Shown in pieces: positions 9,517 to 19,132 of a stretch of 64,000 bases of DNA (positions within the stretch are counted from its first letter, which is position 1; every line of letters starts with the position of its first letter). A model generated the notes under the pieces. That model did no database searches. It worked only from the letters and a program-made list of their open reading frames with translations, and had not been told where the DNA came from. Made by a program: the position numbers and the translations under genes. Source of the DNA: an uncultured Actinomycetes bacterium. Its GTDB lineage: Bacteria; Actinomycetota; Thermoleophilia; Solirubrobacterales; Solirubrobacteraceae. The stretch is taken from NCBI GenBank assembly GCA_963789015.1, contig CAWBIU010000001.1, positions 1,203,989 to 1,267,988 of the forward strand, read 5' to 3'.

Positions 9517-10380
9517 ATGGAGGTCGTCCTGGCGCCGCTGCAGCTCCTCCCGGCGACGGTCGCCGGGATCCTCTACGCGCTGCGCGTCCACGCTCTGCGC
9601 GGCACGCCGCGGGCGGTGCCGGCGATCCGGCAGTGGTCGTTCTACGGCGGCCTGGCGCTGATCGTCGCGACGCTGACCCTGATCGGGTCGCTGTCGGAGG
9701 AGCTGTTCGCGGCGCACATGGCCGAGCACCTGCTGATCGCCGACCTCGGCGCGCTGCTGCTCGTGCTCGGCCTCACCGGGCCGGTGCTCGCGCCGCTGCT
9801 GCGCCGGCGCTGGATCGACCGGCTGCGCGTGCTCGCCCACCCGCTCGTCGCCTTCCCGCTGTGGGCGATCGACCTCTACCTGTGGCACGTGCCCGTCCTG
9901 CACGAGGCGGCGGTCCGCCACGCCGGCATCCACGCGCTCCAGCACACCCTGTTCATCCTCTTCGGGGCGAACATGTGGATGGCGCTGCTCGGCCCGCTGC
10001 CCAAGCCGAGCTGGTTCGGCAATCTGGCGCGGCTGGGCTACATCATCGCCGTGCGGCTGACCGGCGCCGTGCTCGGCAACGTGCTCGTGTTCGGCGGCGC
10101 GGCGTTCTACGGCGTCTACGCGGCGGGCGAGCGCGCGCACGGCGTGTCGCCGGCCGGCGACCAGAACGCGGCCGGCGCGATCATGATGATCGAGGGCTCG
10201 TTGCTGACGATCGGCCTGTTCGCGTGGCTGTTCCTGCGCAGCGCGCGCGAGGGCGAGGAGCGCCAGGAGCTGCTGGACCTGGCCCAGGCGCGCGGCATCG
10301 AGCTGACCGAGACGCGCGCGGCGCGCGCCGTGGCCGCCGGGCGCGGCGCCGAGCTGCGCCGCCGGATCGAGAGCGGTTAG
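9517..10380 (+). CDS. Cytochrome c oxidase assembly factor CtaG-like membrane protein (Caa3_CtaG family)
   Basis: 287-aa polytopic membrane ORF with MAEHLLIADLGALLLVLG and HALQH motifs. Confidence 0.7.
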   Translation: MEVVLAPLQLLPATVAGILYALRVHALRGTPRAVPAIRQWSFYGGLALIVATLTLIGSLSEELFAAHMAEHLLIADLGALLLVLGLTGPVLAPLLRRRWIDRLRVLAHPLVAFPLWAIDLYLWHVPVLHEAAVRHAGIHALQHTLFILFGANMWMALLGPLPKPSWFGNLARLGYIIAVRLTGAVLGNVLVFGGAAFYGVYAAGERAHGVSPAGDQNAAGAIMMIEGSLLTIGLFAWLFLRSAREGEERQELLDLAQARGIELTETRAARAVAAGRGAELRRRIESG

Positions 10381-10444
10381 GGGCCAGTCCCCCTTCCGGG
10401 GCCGCCGCGCCCGTGGTTATCTTCGGGGCACGATGCCGTCATTC

Positions 10445-10588
10445 ATGAGCCGTATCCAGCGTTTTGCCAAGAGCGAGCAGGGTCGCAAGCTGACCGAAGA
10501 CGCCAAGAAGTTCGCGAACGACCCGAAGACCCGCGCCAAGATCGACGACGCGCGCAAGAAGCTGACCAAGCGCGACCGCCCGCACTAG
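10445..10588 (+). CDS. Small basic hypothetical protein (47 aa; alternative start 10433)
   Basis: Below the ORF-track length cut-off. Translates to MSRIQRFAKSEQGRKLTEDAKKFANDPKTRAKIDDARKKLTKRDRPH. Strong GC3 bias in an otherwise intergenic gap. Confidence 0.5.
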   Translation: MSRIQRFAKSEQGRKLTEDAKKFANDPKTRAKIDDARKKLTKRDRPH

Positions 10589-10636
10589 CGGGCGCTCCGC
10601 CGCGCTCGGCGCCAGACCCCCACGACCGCGGCGGCT

Positions 10637-11731
10637 CTAGCGATCGCCAAAGGCGACGGCCTCGGCGCGGCCGGCGAGCTCGACGACGCCCTCGCCGAAC
10701 GACTTCAGGAACGGGTCGTCGGTGAGGCCGTCGACCGCGCGCCGGTAGTTGCCCTCCATGAAGACGACCGACTTCCAGAGCGCGAGCGCCGTGTACCAGC
10801 GCAGGTCGGTCATCGTGCGCCCCGAGCCCTCCTCGTAGCGTGCGACGAGCTCCTCGCGCGCCGGGAAGCCGTCCCGCCGCGTCACCGGGCTCAGGTCGAA
10901 CTGCCCGACGTCGGGGTCGCCGGCCTCGGTCCACAACGCGCACAGGTAGCCGAGGTCGGCGAGCGGGTCGCCGAGCGTCGCCATCTCCCAGTCGAACACG
11001 GCGATCAGCCGCGCGGGCGCGTCGGGCGCGAACATCGTGTTGCCGAGCCGGAAGTCGCCGTGGACGATGGTCGGCGCGCACGGCGGGTCCTCCTCGGGGA
11101 GGTGCTCTGCCAGCCAGTCCCCGACGCGCTCGACCGCCGGGACGTCGCGGGTGCGGTGCTGCTCCCAGAGGTTGCCGAAGAGCTTGACCTGGCGGTGCAG
11201 GTAGCCGCTCGGCTTGCCGAACGACCCGAGGCCGTGCGCCTCCCAGTCGACGGCGTGGATCTCGACGAGCGCGTCGACGAGCTGGTCGGCGATCAGCCGG
11301 CGCTGCTCGGGCGTGTCGAGCGCGGCCGGGATCTCGCCGGTGATGACCTCGCCGGCGATCCGCTCCATGACGTAGAAGGGCGCGCCGATGACGTCCTCGT
11401 CGTCGCCCACGGCGAGCACGCGCGGCACGCGCGCGCCCGTGGGCTCGAGCGCGCGCAGCAGGCGCGCCTCGCGCAGCACGTCGTGCGCGCTCTTGGGGAT
11501 CGGCGGGCGCGGCGGGCGGCGGAGCACGACCTCGGCGTCGCCGCGCCGGACGAGGTACGTGACGTTCGAGTGCCCGTCGCCGACGGGCTCGGCCGCGAGG
11601 TCGCCGCTCCCGATCCCGTGCTCGTCGAGGAAGGCAAGGAGCGGCTCGACGACGAGCAGCGGCGGGCGCTCGTTCGACGCCGCCTCGGCGTGGCTGGAGA
11701 CGATGTCGTCCGGCGCGGGCGCGACGGTCAC
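10637..11731 (-). CDS. Phosphotransferase (APH/choline-kinase-like) family protein
   Basis: Only the C-terminal 364 codons of the 998-aa ORF look coding. GTG 11731. Motifs GDGHSNVTYLV, FYVMERIAG, IVHGDFRLGN and FDWEM. Confidence 0.85.
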   Translation of the reverse strand: MTVAPAPDDIVSSHAEAASNERPPLLVVEPLLAFLDEHGIGSGDLAAEPVGDGHSNVTYLVRRGDAEVVLRRPPRPPIPKSAHDVLREARLLRALEPTGARVPRVLAVGDDEDVIGAPFYVMERIAGEVITGEIPAALDTPEQRRLIADQLVDALVEIHAVDWEAHGLGSFGKPSGYLHRQVKLFGNLWEQHRTRDVPAVERVGDWLAEHLPEEDPPCAPTIVHGDFRLGNTMFAPDAPARLIAVFDWEMATLGDPLADLGYLCALWTEAGDPDVGQFDLSPVTRRDGFPAREELVARYEEGSGRTMTDLRWYTALALWKSVVFMEGNYRRAVDGLTDDPFLKSFGEGVVELAGRAEAVAFGDR

Positions 11732-11815
11732 GCTCGACAACCTAGTCTCTCGCGCGCCGCGCCGCCGCGCGGGACCGCAACCTTGGACGGTCCCGACCGG
11801 TTCTAGCGACTGCCC

Positions 11816-13219
11816 ATGGCCCGAATCGCATCCCTGACCCTGGCGCTGTGCGCCGTGCTCGCGTTCCTCGTGCCCGCCGGCGCGTCGGCTTCGCCCGCGC
11901 AGAGCATGACCTTCGAGGCGCCCGTCGACCTCGCCGACCCGGCCACGCGCGACGGCGCGTTCGCCGAGATCGGCTCGTTCGGCGTGCGCTCGGTGCGCAT
12001 CGTCCTGTACTGGCACGACGTCGCCCCGTCGCCCGACGAGCGCGTGAAGCCCTCGTTCGACGCGACGGACCCCGGCCAGTACGACTGGAGCCGCTACGAC
12101 CCGATGATCCAGGGCGCCGCGTCGCGCGGCTGGCAGGTGCTCGTCACCGTCTCGGGCCCGGTGCCGCGGTGGGCGACCAACGGCGCGCGCGACACCGTCA
12201 CGCGCCCGAGCCCCGCGGAGTTCCAGAAGTTCGTGACCGCGGTCGGGCGGCGCTACGGCAGCCGCGTCTCGCGCTGGTCGGTGTGGAACGAGCCCAACCA
12301 GCCGCAGTTCCTGGCGCCGCAGTACTCGGCGGCCAAGCACACGCCGCTGTCCCCGCGGATCTACCGCAACCTCTACCTCGCCGCCCAGCGCGGGCTCGCC
12401 GCGGCCGGCCTGGGGGCCACGCCGCTGCTGCTCGGCGAGACGTCGCCACGCGGCACGGGCAGCGTCGTCGCGCCGCTGACCTTCCTGCGCGGCGTGCTGT
12501 GCCTGAACAACAGCTACCGCAAGGTCGGCAACTGCGCCAAGCTGCAGACGGCGGGCTACGCGCACCACGCGTACACGACGGCGGGCGGCCCGCTGTTCAA
12601 GCCGAGCCAGCCCAACGACGTGACGATCGGCGTCATCGGGCGCCTCGTGCGCGCGCTGGACCGCGCAGGGCGCGCCGGCGCCATCGACCGCCGGATGCCG
12701 ATCCACCTGACCGAGTTCGGGATCCAGTCGTTCCCCGACCGGATCGCCGGCGTCTCCCTGTCGCGTCAGTCGGACTACCGCTCGATCTCCGAGCGGATCG
12801 CCTACGGCACGCCGCGCGTCGTCGCCTTCTCGCAGTACCTGCTGCGCGACGACGCGCCCGTCCCCGGCGCGACCGGCCAGGCGCGCTACGCGGGCTTCGA
12901 GTCCGGGCTGCGCACGAACGCGGGCAAGGCCAAGCCGTCCCTGAGCGGCTTCCGCCTGCCGCTCGCGGCGCTGCGCAACGGGTCGCGCGTCGGGCTGTGG
13001 GGGCTCGTGCGCCCGGCCACCGGCCCGGTGCCGGTGACCGTCGAGTACCAGCGCGGCGGATCGTGGCGGCGGCTGTTCACCATGACCACGAACGCCACCG
13101 GCTACTTCGAGCGCAGCGTGCCCTTCCGCTCGGGCCGGCGCTACCGCCTCGCGTGGACCGCGCCGGACGGACGAACGCTTCACGGCTCCACCACGCGGGT
13201 CTACCGGCGATCCGGATAG
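11816..13219 (+). CDS. Secreted glycoside-hydrolase-like protein (TIM-barrel clan GH-A type)
   Basis: Signal peptide LAFLVPAGASASPA. WSVWNEPN acid/base-type motif. 467 aa. Confidence 0.6.
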   Translation: MARIASLTLALCAVLAFLVPAGASASPAQSMTFEAPVDLADPATRDGAFAEIGSFGVRSVRIVLYWHDVAPSPDERVKPSFDATDPGQYDWSRYDPMIQGAASRGWQVLVTVSGPVPRWATNGARDTVTRPSPAEFQKFVTAVGRRYGSRVSRWSVWNEPNQPQFLAPQYSAAKHTPLSPRIYRNLYLAAQRGLAAAGLGATPLLLGETSPRGTGSVVAPLTFLRGVLCLNNSYRKVGNCAKLQTAGYAHHAYTTAGGPLFKPSQPNDVTIGVIGRLVRALDRAGRAGAIDRRMPIHLTEFGIQSFPDRIAGVSLSRQSDYRSISERIAYGTPRVVAFSQYLLRDDAPVPGATGQARYAGFESGLRTNAGKAKPSLSGFRLPLAALRNGSRVGLWGLVRPATGPVPVTVEYQRGGSWRRLFTMTTNATGYFERSVPFRSGRRYRLAWTAPDGRTLHGSTTRVYRRSG

Positions 13220-13232
13220 CCTGCCGTGCTCG

Positions 13233-13703
13233 ATGGCGCGGCAGCTCTGGCTTCTGCGGCACGGCGAGGCCGTGCCCCACGACGCGGCGGAGAGCGATGC
13301 CGCTCGTGAGCTGACCGACCGCGGGCGCGACCAGGCGCGCACGGCGGGCCGGGCGCTGGCCGCGCTCGGCATCGAGGTCCACTTCATGTTCACGAGCCCG
13401 AAGGTCCGCGCGCGCGACACCGCGCTGCTGGCCGCCGACGCGCTCGGCGTCGACCCGATCGAGCACGAGCCGCTGGCCGAGGGCTTCGACCGCGACGACG
13501 CGCTCGAGCTGCTGGCCATCGCCGGCGACGACCAGCGCGTGCTCGTCGTCGGCCACGAGCCGGACTTCTCGCAGGTCGTCCACGACATCACCGGCGGGCG
13601 CATCGATCTCAAGAAGGGCGGCATCGCGGGCATCCGCCTGGACGGGACGCGCGGCGAGCTGATCGTCGTGCTGCGCCCGCGCGAGATCGACCGGATCCGT
13701 TAG
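13233..13703 (+). CDS. sixA: Phosphohistidine phosphatase SixA (histidine phosphatase superfamily)
   Basis: LWLLRHGEA catalytic RHG motif, TSPKVRARDTA and VGHEPD blocks. 156 aa. Confidence 0.85.
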   Translation: MARQLWLLRHGEAVPHDAAESDAARELTDRGRDQARTAGRALAALGIEVHFMFTSPKVRARDTALLAADALGVDPIEHEPLAEGFDRDDALELLAIAGDDQRVLVVGHEPDFSQVVHDITGGRIDLKKGGIAGIRLDGTRGELIVVLRPREIDRIR

Positions 13704-15279
13704 GCGAGCAGCGCGGCCGCCGCGGTCAGCAGGTCCTGGTTGCGCTGCGTGATGTCGCGGCGGGTGAGCAGGTGGACGGCGTCGGCGCGCACGCCGAGGT
13801 CCTCGAGCGGCACGCCGACGTGCTCGCCGGCGCGCGTCGCCCGCCGCAGCGCGACGCGGAAGCCCGCGCCCGCGGGCAGCTCGCCGAGCGTGTCGGGCAG
13901 CCACATGCGCAGCAGCTCGTGGGTCCAGACGTTCGCGCCGCCGGCGCCGGTGAGCTCGGCCGTGCCGAGGATCGGCCCGAGCCCGTTGTCCTGCCAGCCG
14001 GCCGCGAACAGGTCGGCGGCCGAGTAGCAGAGCGCGTCGGTGATCAGGACCTTCGGGCCCGTGTAGCGCCCAAGCTCGCCGGCGATCTCGGCCGGGTCGG
14101 AGAGCGGGAACGCCTGCGAGTACGTCTCGCCCGTCTCGACCGCGGCCTGGATCGACTCGACCCAGCCCTCGAAGCCCGGGTTCGCGCGGCACAGCTCGAG
14201 CGCCAGCGGCGTCGTGGCCAGCGAGAAGCTCGCGGGCACGAGCCGCTCCGCGCTGAGCAGCTGCAGCGTCGTCTCGGCCGCCGGGATGTGGCCGCCGGGG
14301 TTGCCGCGGATGTCGACGATCAGCGCCTCGGGCTCGAGGCGGGCGAGGATCGCCGCGACCTGCTCGGCGAAGCGCCGCGCGCTCGAGACGTTGAACGAGA
14401 AGATCCGCAGGTAGCCGTAGGTCCGGCCGCCGATCGTGCGCGTGCCGCTGTCGAGCACGCTGCGCAGCGCGCGGGCGGCGGCGCCGCGCACCCGCGACGG
14501 CGCGAAGCGCATCCGCTTGACCTGGCGCGTGGCCTCGTTGCCGGCATCGATCCCGAGCAGGGCGCTCATCGTGCTCACCGGGTCCTGGGCGCGCCCGGCG
14601 AGCGTCTCGGCCGCGGTCACGCGCCACGGGATGCGGGTCTCGCCGCGCCGGCCCTTCGCGCTCGTGTACTCGAGCAGCACCCAGTGCTCGTCCGGCGGCG
14701 CGCCGGTGCGCAGCGGGCGCAGGGTCAGCGCCTCGAGCCCGCGGGCGAGGCGCGCGTCGGCGTTCGAGCCGGCCTGGCGCTCGGCGTTGAGCTCGGCCGC
14801 GCGAGCGATCGGCACGCCGTTCCACGCGATCAGCTCGGCGCCGGGGCCGAAGCCCTCGTGCTCGAGCGCGGGGTCGATCTTCGTGACGAGGTGGCGCGCG
14901 CCGTCGTCGTCGTGGAAGCGCTCGACGAGGAAGCCGAGCGTGGCGACGTGGCCGCGGTAGGGGTCGGGCAGCTGGTAGACGGTGTGCAGGTCGCGCAGCG
15001 AGCGTGAAGACGCCGGTCAGCTCGGCGTGGAAGGCGAGGTCGCTGAGCGTGTCGAGCCGGCGCTCGAGCAGCCGCAGGCGCTGGACGGGGTCGATCGCGT
15101 GCATCGAGCGCTTCAGCGGCAGGTGGACGTAGAGCCCTTCCAGCAGCAGGCTCGCCTGCTCGACCAGCTCGTAACGGTCCGAGGAGCGCCAGCGGAGCGG
15201 CCCCGGCGAGGAAGTCGGCGAGCGCGACGCTGTCGGGCAGCGCGGTCGCGGGCTCGTTGATGGTGTGGGCCGGGCTCAC
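13700..15279 (-). pseudogene. S41-family serine peptidase, reading frame broken twice (about 15183 and about 15002)
   Basis: GTG 15279 overlaps the upstream stop (GTGA). The protein continues across three frames: ...ALADFLAG.. / ..DRYELVEQASLLLEGLYVHLPLKRSMHAIDP...GVFT / SLRDLHTVYQLPDPYRGH...DIRGNPGG...CYSAADLF. Confidence 0.8.
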
Positions 15280-16833
15280 GCGTCGTAGTAGGCGGCCAGG
15301 CCGTGCAGCTCAGGCGGGCCCGAGCGCTCGACCGCGGCGAAGAAGCCGGCGTCGTGCGTGAGCCCGTCGAGCGACGGGATCTCGAGGTCGGCGGGGATCT
15401 CGCCGCTGCCGCCGAGCAGCCCGAGATCGCCTTCGGGCATGTCGCCGAACAGCGCCAGCGGCGCCTGCGGGTCGTCGAGCGGGCCGCCCCACGCCGCGAG
15501 CGCGTCCTGCGCCTCGCGCCAGGCGCCGACGGGGTCGCGGCGCACCGCCTGCAGCGCCCGCTTGACACCCGGCCAGTCGAGCGTCGCGTCGGTGTGCCCG
15601 GGCCGGCGTACGACGATCGCGCGGCGTGCGCCGTCGACGGTGATCGAGTTGGTGGCGCCCGCGCCGGCCGCTGACATCAGCGCCGCGCGTGCCGTAGAAC
15701 GGGGTCCCGCGCACGACGACGAGGCGGATGTCGCGCTCCGTGGCCTCGATCAGGTTGCGGAACGGGTCGTCCCGGCGGCGCTGGCAGACGACGAGGTCGG
15801 CGGCGCTGCCCGCGGCCAGCCGGCCGACCTGCGGGCCCCAGGCCACGGCGAGCGCGTCGCCCGGGTTGGCGGTCACCATCTCGCAGAGCTCGCGGTCGCT
15901 GAAGTGCCCGCCGAAGACGGTGCGGTTCAGCAGGTCGGCGACCTTCAGCTCGCCGAGCACGTGCTTCGTGCCCGACGGCGCCCAGTCCGAGCCCAGCGTG
16001 ATCCGTACGCCGCGCTCGTGCGCGTCGACCACGTCGGTCGAGCGGTGGTAGAGCCACAGGTTGGAGAACGGCGACCAGACGATCGTCGGGCGCCGCTCGC
16101 CGTCGACGGCCTGGACCTGCGCGCGCCAGTGGTCGAAGTCGGGGCCGGTGAGCGCCGTGGCGTGCACGCCGATCAGCCCGGGCTGCAGGCAGTCGCCGCT
16201 GTCGAGATCGGTGAACTCGTCGTGCACGACGGTGCCCGGCAGGCCCTCGGCGACGTGGTAGATCATCGCCTGGCCGGCGCGCAGCTTCGGGGCGACGGAC
16301 TCGCGCAGCGTGACGACGTCCTTCTGCAGCGCCGAGCACATGATCACGTCGCGCCCGGCCGGGAGCTTCTCGACGTCGACGATCCGCACGAGCCAGCCGT
16401 CGACGGGCCGTGTCGTGTGCGGCGCGCCCTGGATCATCGTCGTGCCGCCGACGAGTGCCTTGACCTCGACGTACTTGACGAGCGCCTCGGCCGCGGCCTG
16501 GCCGAGCACCCTGGCCGGCCACGAGATCGAGGTGCCGTACTCCGGCGCGCGCTTCTCGCCGGGCCAGCGGTCGTGGTGCTGGTAGGGGACGCCGGCCGCC
16601 TCCCACAGCGGCAGCGTGTTGTAGGCGAGGTGCGAGTGCAGGTCGATCAGGCCCGGGTAGACGACCGCGCCGGTGTCGATCCGCTCGGCGGCCGCGAACC
16701 CCGGCGGCGCCGTCGCGCCGGCGGGCTGCACCGCGGCCAGGCGCCCGTCGTCGCCGACGTAGACCTCGCCCTCCTCGAGCACCGGGGTCGCCGGGTCGAA
16801 CGTGACCACGGTCCCGGCGAGCACGAAGGCCAC
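15276..16833 (-). pseudogene. Metal-dependent amidohydrolase family protein, frame broken at about 15678
   Basis: GTG 16833 lies 2 nt after the upstream stop, with GGAG upstream. PGLIDLHSHLAYN metal motif. The C-terminal 133 aa continue in ORF 15276..15677 after one extra base (..GTPFYGTRGA / MSAAGAGATNSITVDG..). Confidence 0.8.
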
Positions 16834-16835
16834 GG

Positions 16836-17612
16836 CTAAGCCGCCGTCTCCGGAGCGGTCCAGATCAGCGTGTGCCCGTCGTCGGGCGACGGGCGGCGCA
16901 CGGAGTTCTGCGCGCGGCCGCTCGCCCGCACCCACGCGTCGTCGCCCAGGAACGCCGGCGCGCCGAACGGCAGGTCGCGGCGCGGGATCGCGGCGTGGTC
17001 ACGCTCGAGGAAGTCGTCGCCGTAGTTGGGGAGCGTCGGATCGCCGTCGTCGTCGGGCGTCACGACCTCGCGCAGCTGCGCGACCGCCGCGCGCCACTCG
17101 TCCAGGAGGCGGTCCTCGCTGCGGCTGGAGGGATGGACGACCTCGACGACGGGGACGCCGGCCGGGCGCCCGGACCACAGCGCGACGGCCGCCTGCGCCA
17201 TTCCGCCGAAGGCGATGACCGCCTCGAGCGCAGGGCCCGTGGCGGCGTCGTAGAGCGCGTTGCGCCAGCTCAGCTGCTCGGGGTCGTCGAGGCGCTGCTC
17301 GGCGGACTGCGCGCGCGCCGGGTGCAGGGCGTGGGCCCACGCGTTCAGGCACACGTAGGAGCGCGTCAGGCCGAGCTTGGCCAGCAGCCCCTGGACGCGC
17401 TGACCGGCGTTGCCGACGAGCGAGCGCCCGGCGATCCGTTCCGTCGGCCCCGGGTCGGAGGCGACGCACAGCACGCGCGCCGAGCCGTCGAGCCGGCCGC
17501 GGTAGAAGACCGGTCCCCAGTCGAACCAGAAGTCGCTCGTGACCGGCGGATCGGGCAGCCGGTCGAACAGCCGGGCGAGCTGGGCCGAGGGCCCGCGGTC
17601 GAACTCGGACAT
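16836..17612 (-). CDS. Uracil-DNA glycosylase superfamily protein (atypical motif A)
   Basis: VLCVASDPGPTERIAGRSLVGNAGQRVQGLL resembles the UDG family-4/5 motif A region. VVHPSS resembles motif B. Only two Cys are present, so no Fe-S set. Confidence 0.6.
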   Translation of the reverse strand: MSEFDRGPSAQLARLFDRLPDPPVTSDFWFDWGPVFYRGRLDGSARVLCVASDPGPTERIAGRSLVGNAGQRVQGLLAKLGLTRSYVCLNAWAHALHPARAQSAEQRLDDPEQLSWRNALYDAATGPALEAVIAFGGMAQAAVALWSGRPAGVPVVEVVHPSSRSEDRLLDEWRAAVAQLREVVTPDDDGDPTLPNYGDDFLERDHAAIPRRDLPFGAPAFLGDDAWVRASGRAQNSVRRPSPDDGHTLIWTAPETAA

Positions 17613-17668
17613 GACGGGAGGGATCCGAACCTAACGGCGGACGGCGGCGCCGGGCAAGCGCCGAACGT

Positions 17669-19018
17669 CTAGCCCAGGGCCCGCGTCGCCGCGCGCGCGG
17701 CGATCAGCAGCGGGTCGTAGACGCCCGAGAACGGCGGCGCGTAGCCCAGGTCCATCAGCTCGATCTCGCCGACCTCGAGGCCGGCCCACACGCACGTGGC
17801 GAGGACGTCGATGCGCTTCGCGGCGCCCTCGACGCCGACGATCTGGCCGCCGAGCAGGCGCCCGCTGCCCGGCTCGCACACGAGCTTGACCCAGATCGGC
17901 CCGGCCCCGGGGAAGTAGCCCGCGCGCGTGCGGTCCTTGATCGTCACGGTGGCGACCTCGATCCCGGCGCCGGCGGCCTCGCGCTCGGAGATGCCCGTGC
18001 GCGCGACCTCGTAGCGGCACAGGCGCGAGACGGCCGTGCCGATCACGCCGGGGAAGGCGACGTCGCCGCCTGTGGCGTTGGCGCCGGCGATGCGGCCCTG
18101 CTTGTTGGCGTGCGTGCCGAGCTGGATGTTGACCGGCGTGCCGAGCACGCGGTGGTGGGACTCGGCGCAGTCGCCGGCGGCGAACACGCCGTCGTGGCCG
18201 GGGCAGCGCTGGTGGTCGTCGACGCGCAGCGCGCCGCTCTCGCCGATCTGAAGGCCCGCCTCCTCGGCGAGGGCGACGGCCGGCGCGACCCCGCTGCCCA
18301 TGACCACGTGGTCGGCGGGCAGCGTCTCGTCGCCGGCGCGCACGGCGTGCGGCTCGCCCGCCTCGCCGAGCACGATCTCCTCGACCGGGGTGCCCGTGAT
18401 GACGCGGACGCCGACGGCCTCGGCGGCGTCCTGGACGTGGTTGGCCATGTCGGGGTCGAGCGTCGACATGACCTGCGGCGCGGCCTCGACGAGCGTCGTG
18501 CGCAGTCCGCGCTCGACGAGCGCCTCGGCCATCTCCAGGCCGATGTAGCCGGCGCCGATGACGACGGCGGTCTCGCCGCCCCGGGACAGCGCGGTGCGGA
18601 AGCGCTCGGCCGCGTCGACCGTGCGCGTCGGCTCGATGCCCTCGGCGCCCGGAATCGGCGGCGCGACGGCCTCGGCGCCGGTGGCCACGACGAGCTGGTC
18701 GAAGCCCTCCGTGCGCTCCTCGCGCGAGTGCAGGTCGACGACGGTCAGCTCGCGGCGGTCGAGGTCGATCGCGGTGACCTCCGTGCGGATGTGCACCGTG
18801 ATGCCGTTCGCGCGGTGCTCCTCGGGCGAGCGGCTCACGAGCCGGTCGCTGTCGTCGAACAGCCCGCCGACGTAGTAGGGGATGCCGCACGCCGAGTAGG
18901 AGGTGTACGGCCCGCGCTCGAACGCGACGATCTCCAGCCCGTCGTCGCGCCGGCGCGCCGTGGACGCCGCGCTCATCCCTGCCGCGTCGCCGCCGACGAT
19001 CGCGAGTCGCCCTGCCAT
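17669..19018 (-). CDS. Pyridine nucleotide-disulfide oxidoreductase of the CoA-disulfide reductase / NADH oxidase type
   Basis: Real start is ATG 19018 (MAGRLAIVGGDAAG). Single redox Cys in SYSACGIPYY. Second Rossmann motif VVIGAGYIGLE. Also GDCA. Confidence 0.85.
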   Translation of the reverse strand: MAGRLAIVGGDAAGMSAASTARRRDDGLEIVAFERGPYTSYSACGIPYYVGGLFDDSDRLVSRSPEEHRANGITVHIRTEVTAIDLDRRELTVVDLHSREERTEGFDQLVVATGAEAVAPPIPGAEGIEPTRTVDAAERFRTALSRGGETAVVIGAGYIGLEMAEALVERGLRTTLVEAAPQVMSTLDPDMANHVQDAAEAVGVRVITGTPVEEIVLGEAGEPHAVRAGDETLPADHVVMGSGVAPAVALAEEAGLQIGESGALRVDDHQRCPGHDGVFAAGDCAESHHRVLGTPVNIQLGTHANKQGRIAGANATGGDVAFPGVIGTAVSRLCRYEVARTGISEREAAGAGIEVATVTIKDRTRAGYFPGAGPIWVKLVCEPGSGRLLGGQIVGVEGAAKRIDVLATCVWAGLEVGEIELMDLGYAPPFSGVYDPLLIAARAATRALG

Positions 19019-19132
19019 CTGGCGAAAACCTACCGCCGCTCGGACCACCCGTCGTGCCAACCTGGAGCGAGTCTGGGAAAGTGTTCGGCGCATGGGAGGC
19101 AGTTGCTGAGTTCGCTCGGGCATGCCCCGTGG

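Noticed and set aside
11732-13633. The upstream two-thirds of the 998-aa minus-strand ORF 10637..13633. Similar giant ORFs are 17669..20695 (upstream of 19018), 52711..55773 (upstream of 53481), 45020..47605, 57055..59304, 1344..3044 and 40875..42896 (downstream of about 41450).
   Set aside because: The translations are Arg/Ala/Gly/Pro-rich and low in complexity. They run antisense to well-conserved genes (GH-like hydrolase, Fpg/HD-GYP, GCS2/HO-like, AKR/LysR, ABC exporter). Stop codons are rare in every frame at this GC content. Only the portions with recognisable protein motifs were called.
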